Positions 20,017 through 28,023 of a stretch of 32,000 bases of DNA are shown here, piece after piece; position 1 is the stretch's first letter; each line of letters opens with the position of its first letter. Source of the DNA: Nitrosospira multiformis ATCC 25196 (lineage in GTDB: Bacteria > Pseudomonadota > Gammaproteobacteria > Burkholderiales > Nitrosomonadaceae). The notes beneath the pieces are model-generated. The model saw only the letters and a program-made list of their open reading frames with translations. It was not told where the DNA came from and did no database searches. A program made the position numbers and the translations under genes. The stretch is from positions 2,430,001-2,462,000 of the forward strand of contig NC_007614.1 of NCBI RefSeq assembly GCF_000196355.1, read 5' to 3'.

Positions 20017-20322
20017 TCATTCGCTCGCCTGCCCCCGGCACCTGATTTTCCAGACAAGGCGTGAAAATATCGCTTCGCCCAGGCGGTTGATGGTCGGAAC
20101 CGACTCTTCCGAAATCAGTGAATAGGGGGAATGGCATACCTTTTGCGCCTCGATATCCATCCATTCCGCAAGTCGCTCTTTTGAGGCCTGACTGCCGTCA
20201 TATAAATTTGTGATGGTATAAACGCCGGGACTGTCACCGTTTCCGCCGGATTTGGGGGCGATTATCGAGCCGCAGCCGGCAAGAAGAACGACGAGTGCCA
20301 GAACGCTTTTCACCGAGGCCAA
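20017..20322 (-). CDS. Putative small lipoprotein
   Basis: 101-aa ORF: MASVKSVLALVVLLAGCGS with lipobox LLAGC. No family recognised. Confidence 0.65.
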   Translation of the reverse strand: MASVKSVLALVVLLAGCGSIIAPKSGGNGDSPGVYTITNLYDGSQASKERLAEWMDIEAQKVCHSPYSLISEESVPTINRLGEAIFSRLVWKIRCRGQASE

Positions 20323-20360
20323 CCGTCAGGAAATCAAGAGAATCCCGCCCGCATTTCCTT

Positions 20361-21848
20361 TCATGTTCTGACGGAAACACTATACGCCCCTGTACCGGTC
20401 GGGCTGTAATGCCTGACCTGAACATAATAGACACCGGCCCCGAGGTTTTGCACGATGCGCGAATTGGTTCCCGGGCCACTGTCGTCATCCTGGGCAATGA
20501 CGGCAGTCTGGCTGTCGGGGCCGAATAACGTGAGGAAGCAATCAGTGCTACCAGCGGTTTCTATCGTATGGGAGCCGGACGTGCTGACAGTAAAGGTGTA
20601 CAGATCCCTCTCATTGGCGGAGAGTGTGCCCTGCACTGCCGGACCATTTATCTGAATGGTCTGGATACCCGGCTGCGGGCCTCCTGACCCTCGTACTGAA
20701 ATACGGTAGCTTCCAGTGGATGAGCCGCTATAGTGCCTTATGCGAACATAGTATGTTCCCGGCGCCAGGTCTCGTGCAATGCGCGGATTCCGGCCGACGC
20801 CGCTGTCGTCATCCTCGGCAACGAGCGCATTGGCATCATCCGGACCATACAGGGCGGCCACTACATCGGTGGAACCCTCGGTTTCGATAATATAATTCCC
20901 CTGGCTTGAGGCAACGAAGCTATATGTGTCCACTTCTCCCGCCTGGCCTATGGAAGCGGCAAACGGAGCCGCATCAAGGGTCAGGGGTACGATCTGCGGA
21001 GGTTCTTCTTCCTCGTCATCGTACGTGTAGCCAAGCGCATGGTGATCGAGAACATCCCGGGGCGTAGGCGGCGAAGCTTCGTTGTTCCAGGGCGGCATCG
21101 GGTCATCCAGTCCATGGCCGTTCACCACGCCCGCCGTGCCGCTCGGCGGACGATAATTCTGCCCCGGATTTTCCCGCTGCCATACTGCCCATAACCGATC
21201 GATATTGCAATGATGCAGCCAGAACACCGGATCGTTGGGGGAGGACATAGCCATCATCGAGCCGCCTACCCACATGTGGCCGGGATTGTGGATAATCCCC
21301 TCGAGATGGTTTCGAAAACTCGTATTCATGCTGCTGTTACGATTCCAGGGCGCTGAATCATAGGGCACGATATTGATGGCGGCATTCACTCCCTGTTGGG
21401 TGGGCAACGCTCCCATGGCGCCGAAGGCACGGGTGAGAAAATTATCCGTGTCACCGGGGTCCAGAACAGTAAGCGTCCACTCTCCCGTGGAAAAGGCGAA
21501 CGGCCCCGTCATCACGCGTCCGCCGGGGCCCGTTCCATTTCCACCCATGAAATTCGCATTCCAGATGGAAGCATTCGTCGTGCGATCAACTGTCCAGTCC
21601 CAATAGGGGATGGAAACACTGGGATCGATCTGCTGAAGGGCACGCTCGAACCGGCGGAGATACTCCCTGTGCCAAGGCAGAAAGGCAGGACCGCCATGTG
21701 CCGGATCGTTCACGCCGGCAAGAAAGGCGGTACGGTGCTGGGCCACGAATACATCATAGGAGCCATTTGCCTTGAGTGCTTTTACCGCCCCAACAAAGGC
21801 CGCCTTCTCCGCGGCTGTCAACGTGGATTGATTCTTTCGGGTTCCCAT
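20361..21848 (-). CDS. Tyrosinase (type 3 copper protein) with two C-terminal PPC-like domains
   Basis: 495-aa ORF: KNQSTLTAAEKAAFV..., CuA region (VAQHRTAF...AHGGPAFLPWHREYLRRFE), CuB region (HLEGIIHNPGHMWVGG...SPNDPVFWLHHCNIDRLW), then two related beta-rich repeats (DTYSFVAS...ARDLAPGTYYVRIRHY; DLYTFTVS...VQNLGAGVYYVQVRHY). Confidence 0.93.
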   Translation of the reverse strand: MGTRKNQSTLTAAEKAAFVGAVKALKANGSYDVFVAQHRTAFLAGVNDPAHGGPAFLPWHREYLRRFERALQQIDPSVSIPYWDWTVDRTTNASIWNANFMGGNGTGPGGRVMTGPFAFSTGEWTLTVLDPGDTDNFLTRAFGAMGALPTQQGVNAAINIVPYDSAPWNRNSSMNTSFRNHLEGIIHNPGHMWVGGSMMAMSSPNDPVFWLHHCNIDRLWAVWQRENPGQNYRPPSGTAGVVNGHGLDDPMPPWNNEASPPTPRDVLDHHALGYTYDDEEEEPPQIVPLTLDAAPFAASIGQAGEVDTYSFVASSQGNYIIETEGSTDVVAALYGPDDANALVAEDDDSGVGRNPRIARDLAPGTYYVRIRHYSGSSTGSYRISVRGSGGPQPGIQTIQINGPAVQGTLSANERDLYTFTVSTSGSHTIETAGSTDCFLTLFGPDSQTAVIAQDDDSGPGTNSRIVQNLGAGVYYVQVRHYSPTGTGAYSVSVRT

Positions 21849-21850
21849 TT

Positions 21851-22123
21851 TTATCTCCCCGCCTCACGGTAATCGATAATTTTCCGCGCCAAGTCCATAG
21901 GCGAAGGTTGCGGATCGAAAGCGAAGCCGGAGGCGATATACGAGCCGGATGAATTCTTTATGACGAAAACGTTCTTTCCATCAATCCTCACGTCTACTGC
22001 CTCTCCACCTGCAGCCCTTCCCGCTCCCCCGGACTCCAATCCCGCAGCGCCTTCTGCTGGCGCATCTTTCCCCGTTCGAACAACAATCTCCCGGCCTTTA
22101 TAAGTTTCACGCTGTTCCGCCAT
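21851..22123 (-). CDS. MelC1/caddie-like tyrosinase cofactor protein
   Basis: 90 aa from internal ATG at 22123 (GGGGGAG upstream): YKGREIVVR...VDVRIDGKNVFVIKNSSGSYIASGFAFDPQPSPMDLARKIIDY, resembling Streptomyces MelC1. Two nt before the tyrosinase ATG. Supplied ORF extends to 22420. Confidence 0.72.
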   Translation of the reverse strand: MAEQRETYKGREIVVRTGKDAPAEGAAGLESGGAGRAAGGEAVDVRIDGKNVFVIKNSSGSYIASGFAFDPQPSPMDLARKIIDYREAGR

Positions 22124-22426
22124 TTTCTCCCCCGCACAGGTATTGTTCCAAGCTGAATGCTCGCCCCTCGATAAGCTGATGTTTTCAATATAGGTGTTTT
22201 CATCAAAAATGCCAGAAGAGCCAAACGCGGACGCAGCCAACACATAAAGCATGAACGTCAACAAGCCGGATGTAGAATGTCGCATGCATTGGACCCTCGG
22301 TTCTGTCGCCAAACTTCTACCGGAGCCCCCGTTGAAGCCGGGTCCATGTGGCTTGGGAGCCCAGGGCAAGGGAAGGCAGGGACGGTTCGAATAACAGTAG
22401 TAGGACGTTTCCCCCGTCAAATCCTC

Positions 22427-23488
22427 TTATCGCCACAAAAAGCTTGACATACCATTAAATTCCGGCTTTGCGCGGACGCGAATCAAATGCGCCTCCTGTG
22501 TGACCTGGAAGCGGACTGGCAGAAACTGTTCCAGCAGCCAAATGGTTGTCGCGGCGTGGGAGGAGAGTTCCCTTGTGAGAAAGCAAGATACGCCGCTCGC
22601 CAGCGCGAGGTAGATCAATACTTGGTCTGCCGCATGAATATCCAGCGTTGCGCCGGACAGGATTTCCTCGCGCAAGCACCGCCCCGCCTCAGCACCGAGG
22701 CGTTCGGCTGGCACGCCTCTTTCTGCGACGGCAGATGCCCCCAGACGGCTATGCTCCTTGTGCGCGGTCAAAAGCACCGCTCCGCCCTCACCTATCGCGT
22801 CATCCTTCCCGAATACTTCCAGGCCAACAGCTGGGGTGGGAAAAGTCGAAAGTTCCGCCAGTGCTCCGTTCGCCATGCGGTGGATGATGTGCTTGGGCAG
22901 GTTTGAAATGTGTACGAAACCGGTTATACCCTCCAGCCCTTCCGATGCGTTCAGGAGCACCGGACGCAAAGGCAGGCAAGGTTCTACGTCCACAACCACC
23001 TTTCCTCCGCCGCGAGGATAATACCCCCGGAGCAACACTTCGATCTTCGCCCTGGCGCCCATGCTATAAACCAGCGGCAGCAATACGTAGCGGAAGTAAT
23101 CCAGGGGCGGCGCAGCGCGAACATCGGTCCCACCCGAAATGTTCATCCGCACCTTTTCTCCGCATGCCAAGGCAACTGGAAGCGCTGCCTGGAGCACCAA
23201 GGTAACACTGCCTGCCGTGCCTATCGGAAAATCATATTCGCCCCCGCGTAACGGGCCAGGGCGAAAAATGATTTCCTGCGATTTGACTTCCATTCCTTCC
23301 GTCCGGGCCCTGCAAAGCGCTGCCACCGCCTTTACGGCAGTCAGATGTTGAGGCGCAAGACCAGGATTGGAACGTTTTGCACGAATGTTGTACACACGAA
23401 CCGATTGTCCCGTTATCGCCGCAAGCGCAACCGACGTGCGGAGCAACTGGCCGCCACCTTCTCCATAAGAACCATCGATTTCCTGCAT
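22427..23488 (-). CDS. rtcA: RNA 3'-terminal phosphate cyclase
   Basis: MQEIDGSYGEGGGQLLRTSVALAAITG..., RAKRSNPGLAPQHLTAV, HLIRVRA. Supplied ORF begins at 23545; the internal start at 23488 fits the family N-terminus better. Confidence 0.93.
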   Translation of the reverse strand: MQEIDGSYGEGGGQLLRTSVALAAITGQSVRVYNIRAKRSNPGLAPQHLTAVKAVAALCRARTEGMEVKSQEIIFRPGPLRGGEYDFPIGTAGSVTLVLQAALPVALACGEKVRMNISGGTDVRAAPPLDYFRYVLLPLVYSMGARAKIEVLLRGYYPRGGGKVVVDVEPCLPLRPVLLNASEGLEGITGFVHISNLPKHIIHRMANGALAELSTFPTPAVGLEVFGKDDAIGEGGAVLLTAHKEHSRLGASAVAERGVPAERLGAEAGRCLREEILSGATLDIHAADQVLIYLALASGVSCFLTRELSSHAATTIWLLEQFLPVRFQVTQEAHLIRVRAKPEFNGMSSFLWR

Positions 23489-23602
23489 TCTGACCTCTTT
23501 GGTTGATATAGCCGGGAACAATAGATTTTTCGACCTACAATTCATGTAGCATCAAGAATCCCATGACCGCGCGGCTGGGCATCTGCCTGAAAAGGAAGCT
23601 TC

Positions 23603-23884
23603 ATGACTCCCATACAAGACTTGCTCAGCCAGATTCGCTGGGATGAGTCATTCGGAAAAGGTAATTTCGTGATCGGATACTACGATCGCAAGACTGGAGA
23701 AATTATCCAGGTTCCGCTACAGCAGATGCAACTCACGCCCCATGATCATTTCTTTTTCCACTTTACCGATCAAGAGGGACGTACTCGCGAAGTCCCCCTT
23801 CACCGGATCAGGGAAGTGTACAGGAACGGCGAATTGATCTGGCATAGACGGACGATCAATGATGAAGAGGACAATCGTTCCTGA
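23603..23884 (+). CDS. DUF504 / MJ1316 RNA cyclic-group end recognition domain protein
   Basis: 93-aa ORF: LLSQIRWDESFGKGNFVIGYYDRKTGEIIQVPL...VPLHRIREVYRNGELIWHRR; AAGGAAG ribosome-binding site. Confidence 0.88.
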   Translation: MTPIQDLLSQIRWDESFGKGNFVIGYYDRKTGEIIQVPLQQMQLTPHDHFFFHFTDQEGRTREVPLHRIREVYRNGELIWHRRTINDEEDNRS

Positions 23885-23999
23885 TCGAATCATCCCGCTT
23901 GCCTTGGGCTTGCATGCATCATGGTTCTTCTCCGGCATGATGGGGACTGTAGCATTGTGATGCTTGATTAAGTCATTAGCGCCTCTTACTTCTATAATG

Positions 24000-24031
24000 G
24001 TATTATTTGCTCGATCTAGAGCAAATAATAC
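24000..24031. promoter_or_regulatory. Perfect inverted repeat, candidate operator for the downstream HTH gene
   Basis: GTATTATTTGCTC-GATCTA-GAGCAAATAATAC: 13-bp arms, 6-nt spacer, ending 6 nt before the HTH gene start codon. Confidence 0.6.
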
Positions 24032-24037
24032 TACTAA

Positions 24038-24307
24038 ATGATCAGTTGTCGACTTTCTGTCATCCTCGGCGCGAAGCGCATCAAGGTCGCGGATGTGTGC
24101 CGTGGAACCGGTATTGCTCGCGCCACATTGGATCGCTACTACTACGACCGCGTGAACAGTTTCGATCGTGTCGTATTGGAAAAACTTTGCAAATTCCTGC
24201 AGGTGAAACCGGGCGATTTGCTTGTGATGATCGATCAGCCGGACCTGTTTGAAGCACACGCTGCGTCGGGTTTTACCGGTGCTTTGGCAAAAGGAAAGAA
24301 AGCATGA
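24038..24307 (+). CDS. XRE-like helix-turn-helix regulator
   Basis: 89-aa ORF: MISCRLSVILGAKRIKVADVCRGTGIARATLDRYYYDRVNSFDRVVLEKLCKFLQVKPGDLLV. Confidence 0.85.
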   Translation: MISCRLSVILGAKRIKVADVCRGTGIARATLDRYYYDRVNSFDRVVLEKLCKFLQVKPGDLLVMIDQPDLFEAHAASGFTGALAKGKKA

Positions 24308-24525
24308 TAGAGCGCGAAGTAAAGCTTCTGCTTAATGCTAATGCAATAAAGCGTGTACAGGTGCATTACGCGGTGATGTCGGCAGGCTACATGGTCGTGA
24401 TCGATGGCCAGCCCCTTGAGACCTCCAAACGCGAAACCCGCGGGTTCAAGACACTCGACGCCGCGGCCAAATTGCTCTTCAAAATCGGCATAGCGGATTT
24501 TTCGGTCAAGCTCAAAACAGGCTGA
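24304..24525 (+). CDS. Small conserved-looking hypothetical protein
   Basis: 73-aa ORF overlapping the HTH gene stop by 4 nt (ATGA); MIEREVKLLLNANAIKRVQVHYAVMSAGYMVVIDG... Confidence 0.7.
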   Translation: MIEREVKLLLNANAIKRVQVHYAVMSAGYMVVIDGQPLETSKRETRGFKTLDAAAKLLFKIGIADFSVKLKTG

Positions 24526-24530
24526 AGCCA

Positions 24531-24995
24531 GTGATTCAAAAAATCGTTTCAGGGGGACAAACAGGCGTGGATCGCACGGCGTTGGACTGGGCCCTTGCTC
24601 ATCGTATCCCGCACGGGGGATGGTGCCCCGCCGGGCGGCGCGCCGAAGATGGGGTAATTCCAGGCTGTTACGTCTTGCAGGAGACGCCCGAACAGAACTA
24701 TCAGGAGCGCACGAAACGGAACGTACGTGATAGCGATGGCACGCTTATCATTACCGCAACGAAAGAATTGACAGGTGGATCACTATTTACGCAAGAATAT
24801 GCCAATAAAATCAATCGGCCTTGCCTGCACGTTTATCCATGCAAGGAATGGCGCAAGCGAGCCTATGCATTTCTGGAATCGAATCCGATTCGAGTATTGA
24901 ATGTTGCCGGCCCCCGTAATTCAGGCGCACCGGGTATTGAACGATTCGTTCATGAAGTTCTGGATGAAGTTCATCAATATGGTTTCAGCCAATAG
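24531..24995 (+). CDS. SLOG-superfamily (putative molybdenum carrier / cpYpsA-like) protein
   Basis: 154-aa ORF: IVSGGQTGVDRTALDWALAHRIPHGGWCPAGRRAEDGVIP, RTKRNVRDSDGTLIITA, VLNVAGPRNSGAPGIERFV. Confidence 0.85.
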   Translation: MIQKIVSGGQTGVDRTALDWALAHRIPHGGWCPAGRRAEDGVIPGCYVLQETPEQNYQERTKRNVRDSDGTLIITATKELTGGSLFTQEYANKINRPCLHVYPCKEWRKRAYAFLESNPIRVLNVAGPRNSGAPGIERFVHEVLDEVHQYGFSQ

Positions 24996-25323
24996 CGCTG
25001 ACCTTGATCTTCCGGTTACCTTTCCTTCATATTTCCATATCTGGAGATCCGTCAGTCAGTCAATGCAGGCGATGCCCAATAGACGCCCGTTCTCCTGTTT
25101 CAACCAATTCTGAATTAATAGCTCCATTCGGAGCTGCACGCCTTGCATTTTCTCAAGACTTGCTTGTAAATGCCCAACTCAATATATCCGCATGCAGCAG
25201 GCCCTATCTTAGGGTTGTTTAGCGCAGTGATAGTGTATGAAGATGACTTGCGAAGAGAACTTAAACAACAGGAGGATTTGTCAAATCGTTACATTCTTGT
25301 TTTGCGATAAGGAGACCTCATTC

Positions 25324-27456
25324 ATGAAGTGCAATCATGGCATGAAGCGCAAGCTTCTTCTTGCAGCAATAACCATGCTGCTTACCATAATTGCCGTGGC
25401 CCCGGTGCGCGCTGATAATGCCGTCAAGTTGAGAATATTGGTCGTTTCCACAGGAGAGGTGGCAGAAGACCTGGGATTGGCCTATATCAAGCCTGTCCTC
25501 GATGAAATGGGCGTTCCATATGTCGTGCTGAATACCAGGGTGCAGAATCTGACGCCTGCGTTTCTGGCTGCTTCTTCGCAAGGAACGGCCTGCAAGGCCG
25601 AGGAGGCAGGGTGTGTTGGCAACTACAATGGAGTCATCCTCACCGACGCGGACCTGATCCCAGGCTTCACCTCGGCCGAATGGGACATATTGCACAATTA
25701 CGAGAAGAATTTCCGGGTCCGGGAAGCGGTATTGTCAGGGTGGCCGGCCACATACGCGAATCCGAAGCCGCCGCACGACATCTATCTGGATTATGGTCTC
25801 GTCTACTCCTCAAGCGGACACAATTATGATGGGCGCTGGACAATACCGGGGAGGTACAGCAAGGAAGTCTTTGAATACGTAAACAGGAATAATCCGCTTC
25901 CAATTACATCCCTTGCCTTTGCGACCCATCCCCGAAACGATATGAACCGGATGAAAGACGGCTCGATACCCTATGTCGAACCGCTATTACGAACCGGACA
26001 GGGCGAAACACTGCTGTCCATCATACGGTACATGAAGCCTGCCCGTAAGAGCCCAATGCGCGAAGTGCTGATTTCGACGATTACGAATGCGTCGTTCCTT
26101 ATGCATTCGAAAGTTCTGGCTTATGAGTTCGTCAACTGGGCGACCCAAGGCGTTTTCATCGGTGCGCGCTTCATCCATCTGGCGGCGCATGTGGATGACC
26201 TGTTTCGTACCAACAATCAATGGAATCCTGCTCTCGATAAGGAGAACGGCATTTATCGCCTCACCGGCGCTGACATAACCAATGCAGTGGGCAAACAGGC
26301 TGCCCTCCGGGTCGCGCATCCGACAGCGGGGAATTTCAAGCTGGACTTCGCATTCAATGGTGCGGGAGCGGTGGTGAATCCACAGGCGATGCCGCTCGCT
26401 GCAAACTGGAAAGATGATCTGGTAGCAGCAATAGTGGGCAATAAAACGCATTTTCGCTTCATCAACCACACCTTCACGCATGCAGATATGGACAAGTCAC
26501 CGGTTCCGGCTGATGCGCCCTGCGATTACCGCACTTTTACGAGTGCAGAGGCAATCAGGGCTGAAATCACTGCCAACCAGAACGTGTGGGCGCTACTGGG
26601 TCTTCCCGAGAGAAGCGAGAACAATCGCGTGCTCATCACCGGGGCCCATTCCGGCCTGAAAGATCAGAAATGCACGGATGACCCTGCCTTACACCCGGGT
26701 ATGTTCAATCTTCAGGCTGACGACATAGCCTTTGATGCAGGCGGCGCCAATCCGCTATTGCTTCAGGCGGCCGCCACCGCAGGCGTGGAATATCTTGCTG
26801 CCGATACCTCACAAAAAGCTCAAAACGTTGAGCAGTATATCACCCAGTATGAGGATGGCAGCAAAACGGATCGACTCATGCTGCCACGCTGGCCAACCGA
26901 TATTTTTTATAACGTGACAAATCCTTCCCAGCTGGAGGACGAGTATAACTACTTATATTATTACCGTTTTATCAATGCCGGACAAAATCCATGCGAGGCG
27001 CGGGCAAGGGCTTGCTCTCCCCGGAGCTACCGCGAAATCCTCGCCATCGAAGCGGATACCGCAGTGCGGCACATGCTGAGCTTTAGCCGGTGGCCGCATT
27101 TTTTTCATCAGTCGAATCTTGCGCGGTATGATGAAAACGGCAGAACACTCCAGTTTGATTGGCTCGATGCAGTCTTCACGAAATATGAGGGATTGTTCAC
27201 CCTGCCGGTCAAAAATCTTCCTTACTATAAAATCGGCGACCACACTGCGGAAAGCCTCAACGCCAGGTCTGCAAAGATCGATGCAATATGGAATCGGACA
27301 ACCAATCGGGTTACTCTGTCGGCAAACAAAGCGGTGCCTCACCTTCGTGTCACTGGTCTTTCCGGGGGGGAGATTTATGGCGGCCAGCTTATCGGAAACA
27401 TCAGCGTGGATACGAAGGCCACCATGTACGAGGTCGACAGAGGGTTGACTCGATGA
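25324..27456 (+). CDS. Secreted polysaccharide-deacetylase-like protein, resembling Agd3/CE18
   Basis: ~710 aa from ATG 25324 (AAGGAG upstream). Signal peptide KRKLLLAAITMLLTIIAVAPVRA; metal-site-like HVDDLF and NHTFTH; large N-terminal non-catalytic region. Confidence 0.7.
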   Translation: MKCNHGMKRKLLLAAITMLLTIIAVAPVRADNAVKLRILVVSTGEVAEDLGLAYIKPVLDEMGVPYVVLNTRVQNLTPAFLAASSQGTACKAEEAGCVGNYNGVILTDADLIPGFTSAEWDILHNYEKNFRVREAVLSGWPATYANPKPPHDIYLDYGLVYSSSGHNYDGRWTIPGRYSKEVFEYVNRNNPLPITSLAFATHPRNDMNRMKDGSIPYVEPLLRTGQGETLLSIIRYMKPARKSPMREVLISTITNASFLMHSKVLAYEFVNWATQGVFIGARFIHLAAHVDDLFRTNNQWNPALDKENGIYRLTGADITNAVGKQAALRVAHPTAGNFKLDFAFNGAGAVVNPQAMPLAANWKDDLVAAIVGNKTHFRFINHTFTHADMDKSPVPADAPCDYRTFTSAEAIRAEITANQNVWALLGLPERSENNRVLITGAHSGLKDQKCTDDPALHPGMFNLQADDIAFDAGGANPLLLQAAATAGVEYLAADTSQKAQNVEQYITQYEDGSKTDRLMLPRWPTDIFYNVTNPSQLEDEYNYLYYYRFINAGQNPCEARARACSPRSYREILAIEADTAVRHMLSFSRWPHFFHQSNLARYDENGRTLQFDWLDAVFTKYEGLFTLPVKNLPYYKIGDHTAESLNARSAKIDAIWNRTTNRVTLSANKAVPHLRVTGLSGGEIYGGQLIGNISVDTKATMYEVDRGLTR

Positions 27457-27830
27457 ACGTTGGCGACCGCCAGGTTTTTGTAGGCAGTCAGGAGGAACCA
27501 GAAGGAATTCCGGGAATAAGCGGCATTCGCTTGAGCGATATTCTCCTCTCCCTGTTGCTTGTGTTTTCCTTTCCAGGTGTGGGTGACGCCGCGGATTTGG
27601 CAAATGCAGCTGCGGAAAAGACTGACGAGACAGCCAAAACAACAGAGCAGGCGGAAGATGAGAATCGAAAAAAGATGCAGCAAATGAACGATCTCAAACA
27701 GAGGGAGTGCGACCCGTTATTTCCGGAACAGGCAAAATCACTGGCAAAGGGCTACAGGGAGACTGCAAAGATGATCGTGGAGCAAGGCGATGACCCCAAA
27801 GCGGGTTCTCGATACTGCTGCTTATTTTGA
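27453..27830 (+). CDS. Hypothetical membrane/exported protein with charged helical region
   Basis: 125 aa from ATG 27453, overlapping the previous stop by 4 nt (ATGA): hydrophobic LSDILLSLLLVFSFPGVGDAA then EKTDETAKTTEQAEDENRKKMQQMNDLKQ. Confidence 0.6.
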   Translation: MNVGDRQVFVGSQEEPEGIPGISGIRLSDILLSLLLVFSFPGVGDAADLANAAAEKTDETAKTTEQAEDENRKKMQQMNDLKQRECDPLFPEQAKSLAKGYRETAKMIVEQGDDPKAGSRYCCLF

Positions 27831-28023
27831 GAAACAGTCCGGGGCGTTCTGATCGGGAGTGGGAACAAGGGAATATCGGCGTGTAAAAACCGCTCCTACT
27901 CATTCGGTGCCCCCATAGTATCCAAAAAACCACGGTCCTGCATCATGTCAGACTCGACTGACTCCGATCCCCCCAGATTGAGATCCTTCTGCCAGGGATA
28001 GAATCAATCAAGTCTGGCCTGGC

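Noticed and set aside
22487-22906. 139-aa plus-strand ORF
   Set aside because: Antisense to rtcA.
23917-23942. CATCATG...CATGATG inverted repeat after the DUF504/MJ1316 gene
   Set aside because: 7-bp arms, 12-nt loop and no T-tract; could be chance.
23717-24259. 180-aa minus-strand ORF spanning the MJ1316 gene, the palindrome and the HTH gene
   Set aside because: It conflicts with two plus-strand genes with recognised families, and its length comes from low stop density in shadow frames.
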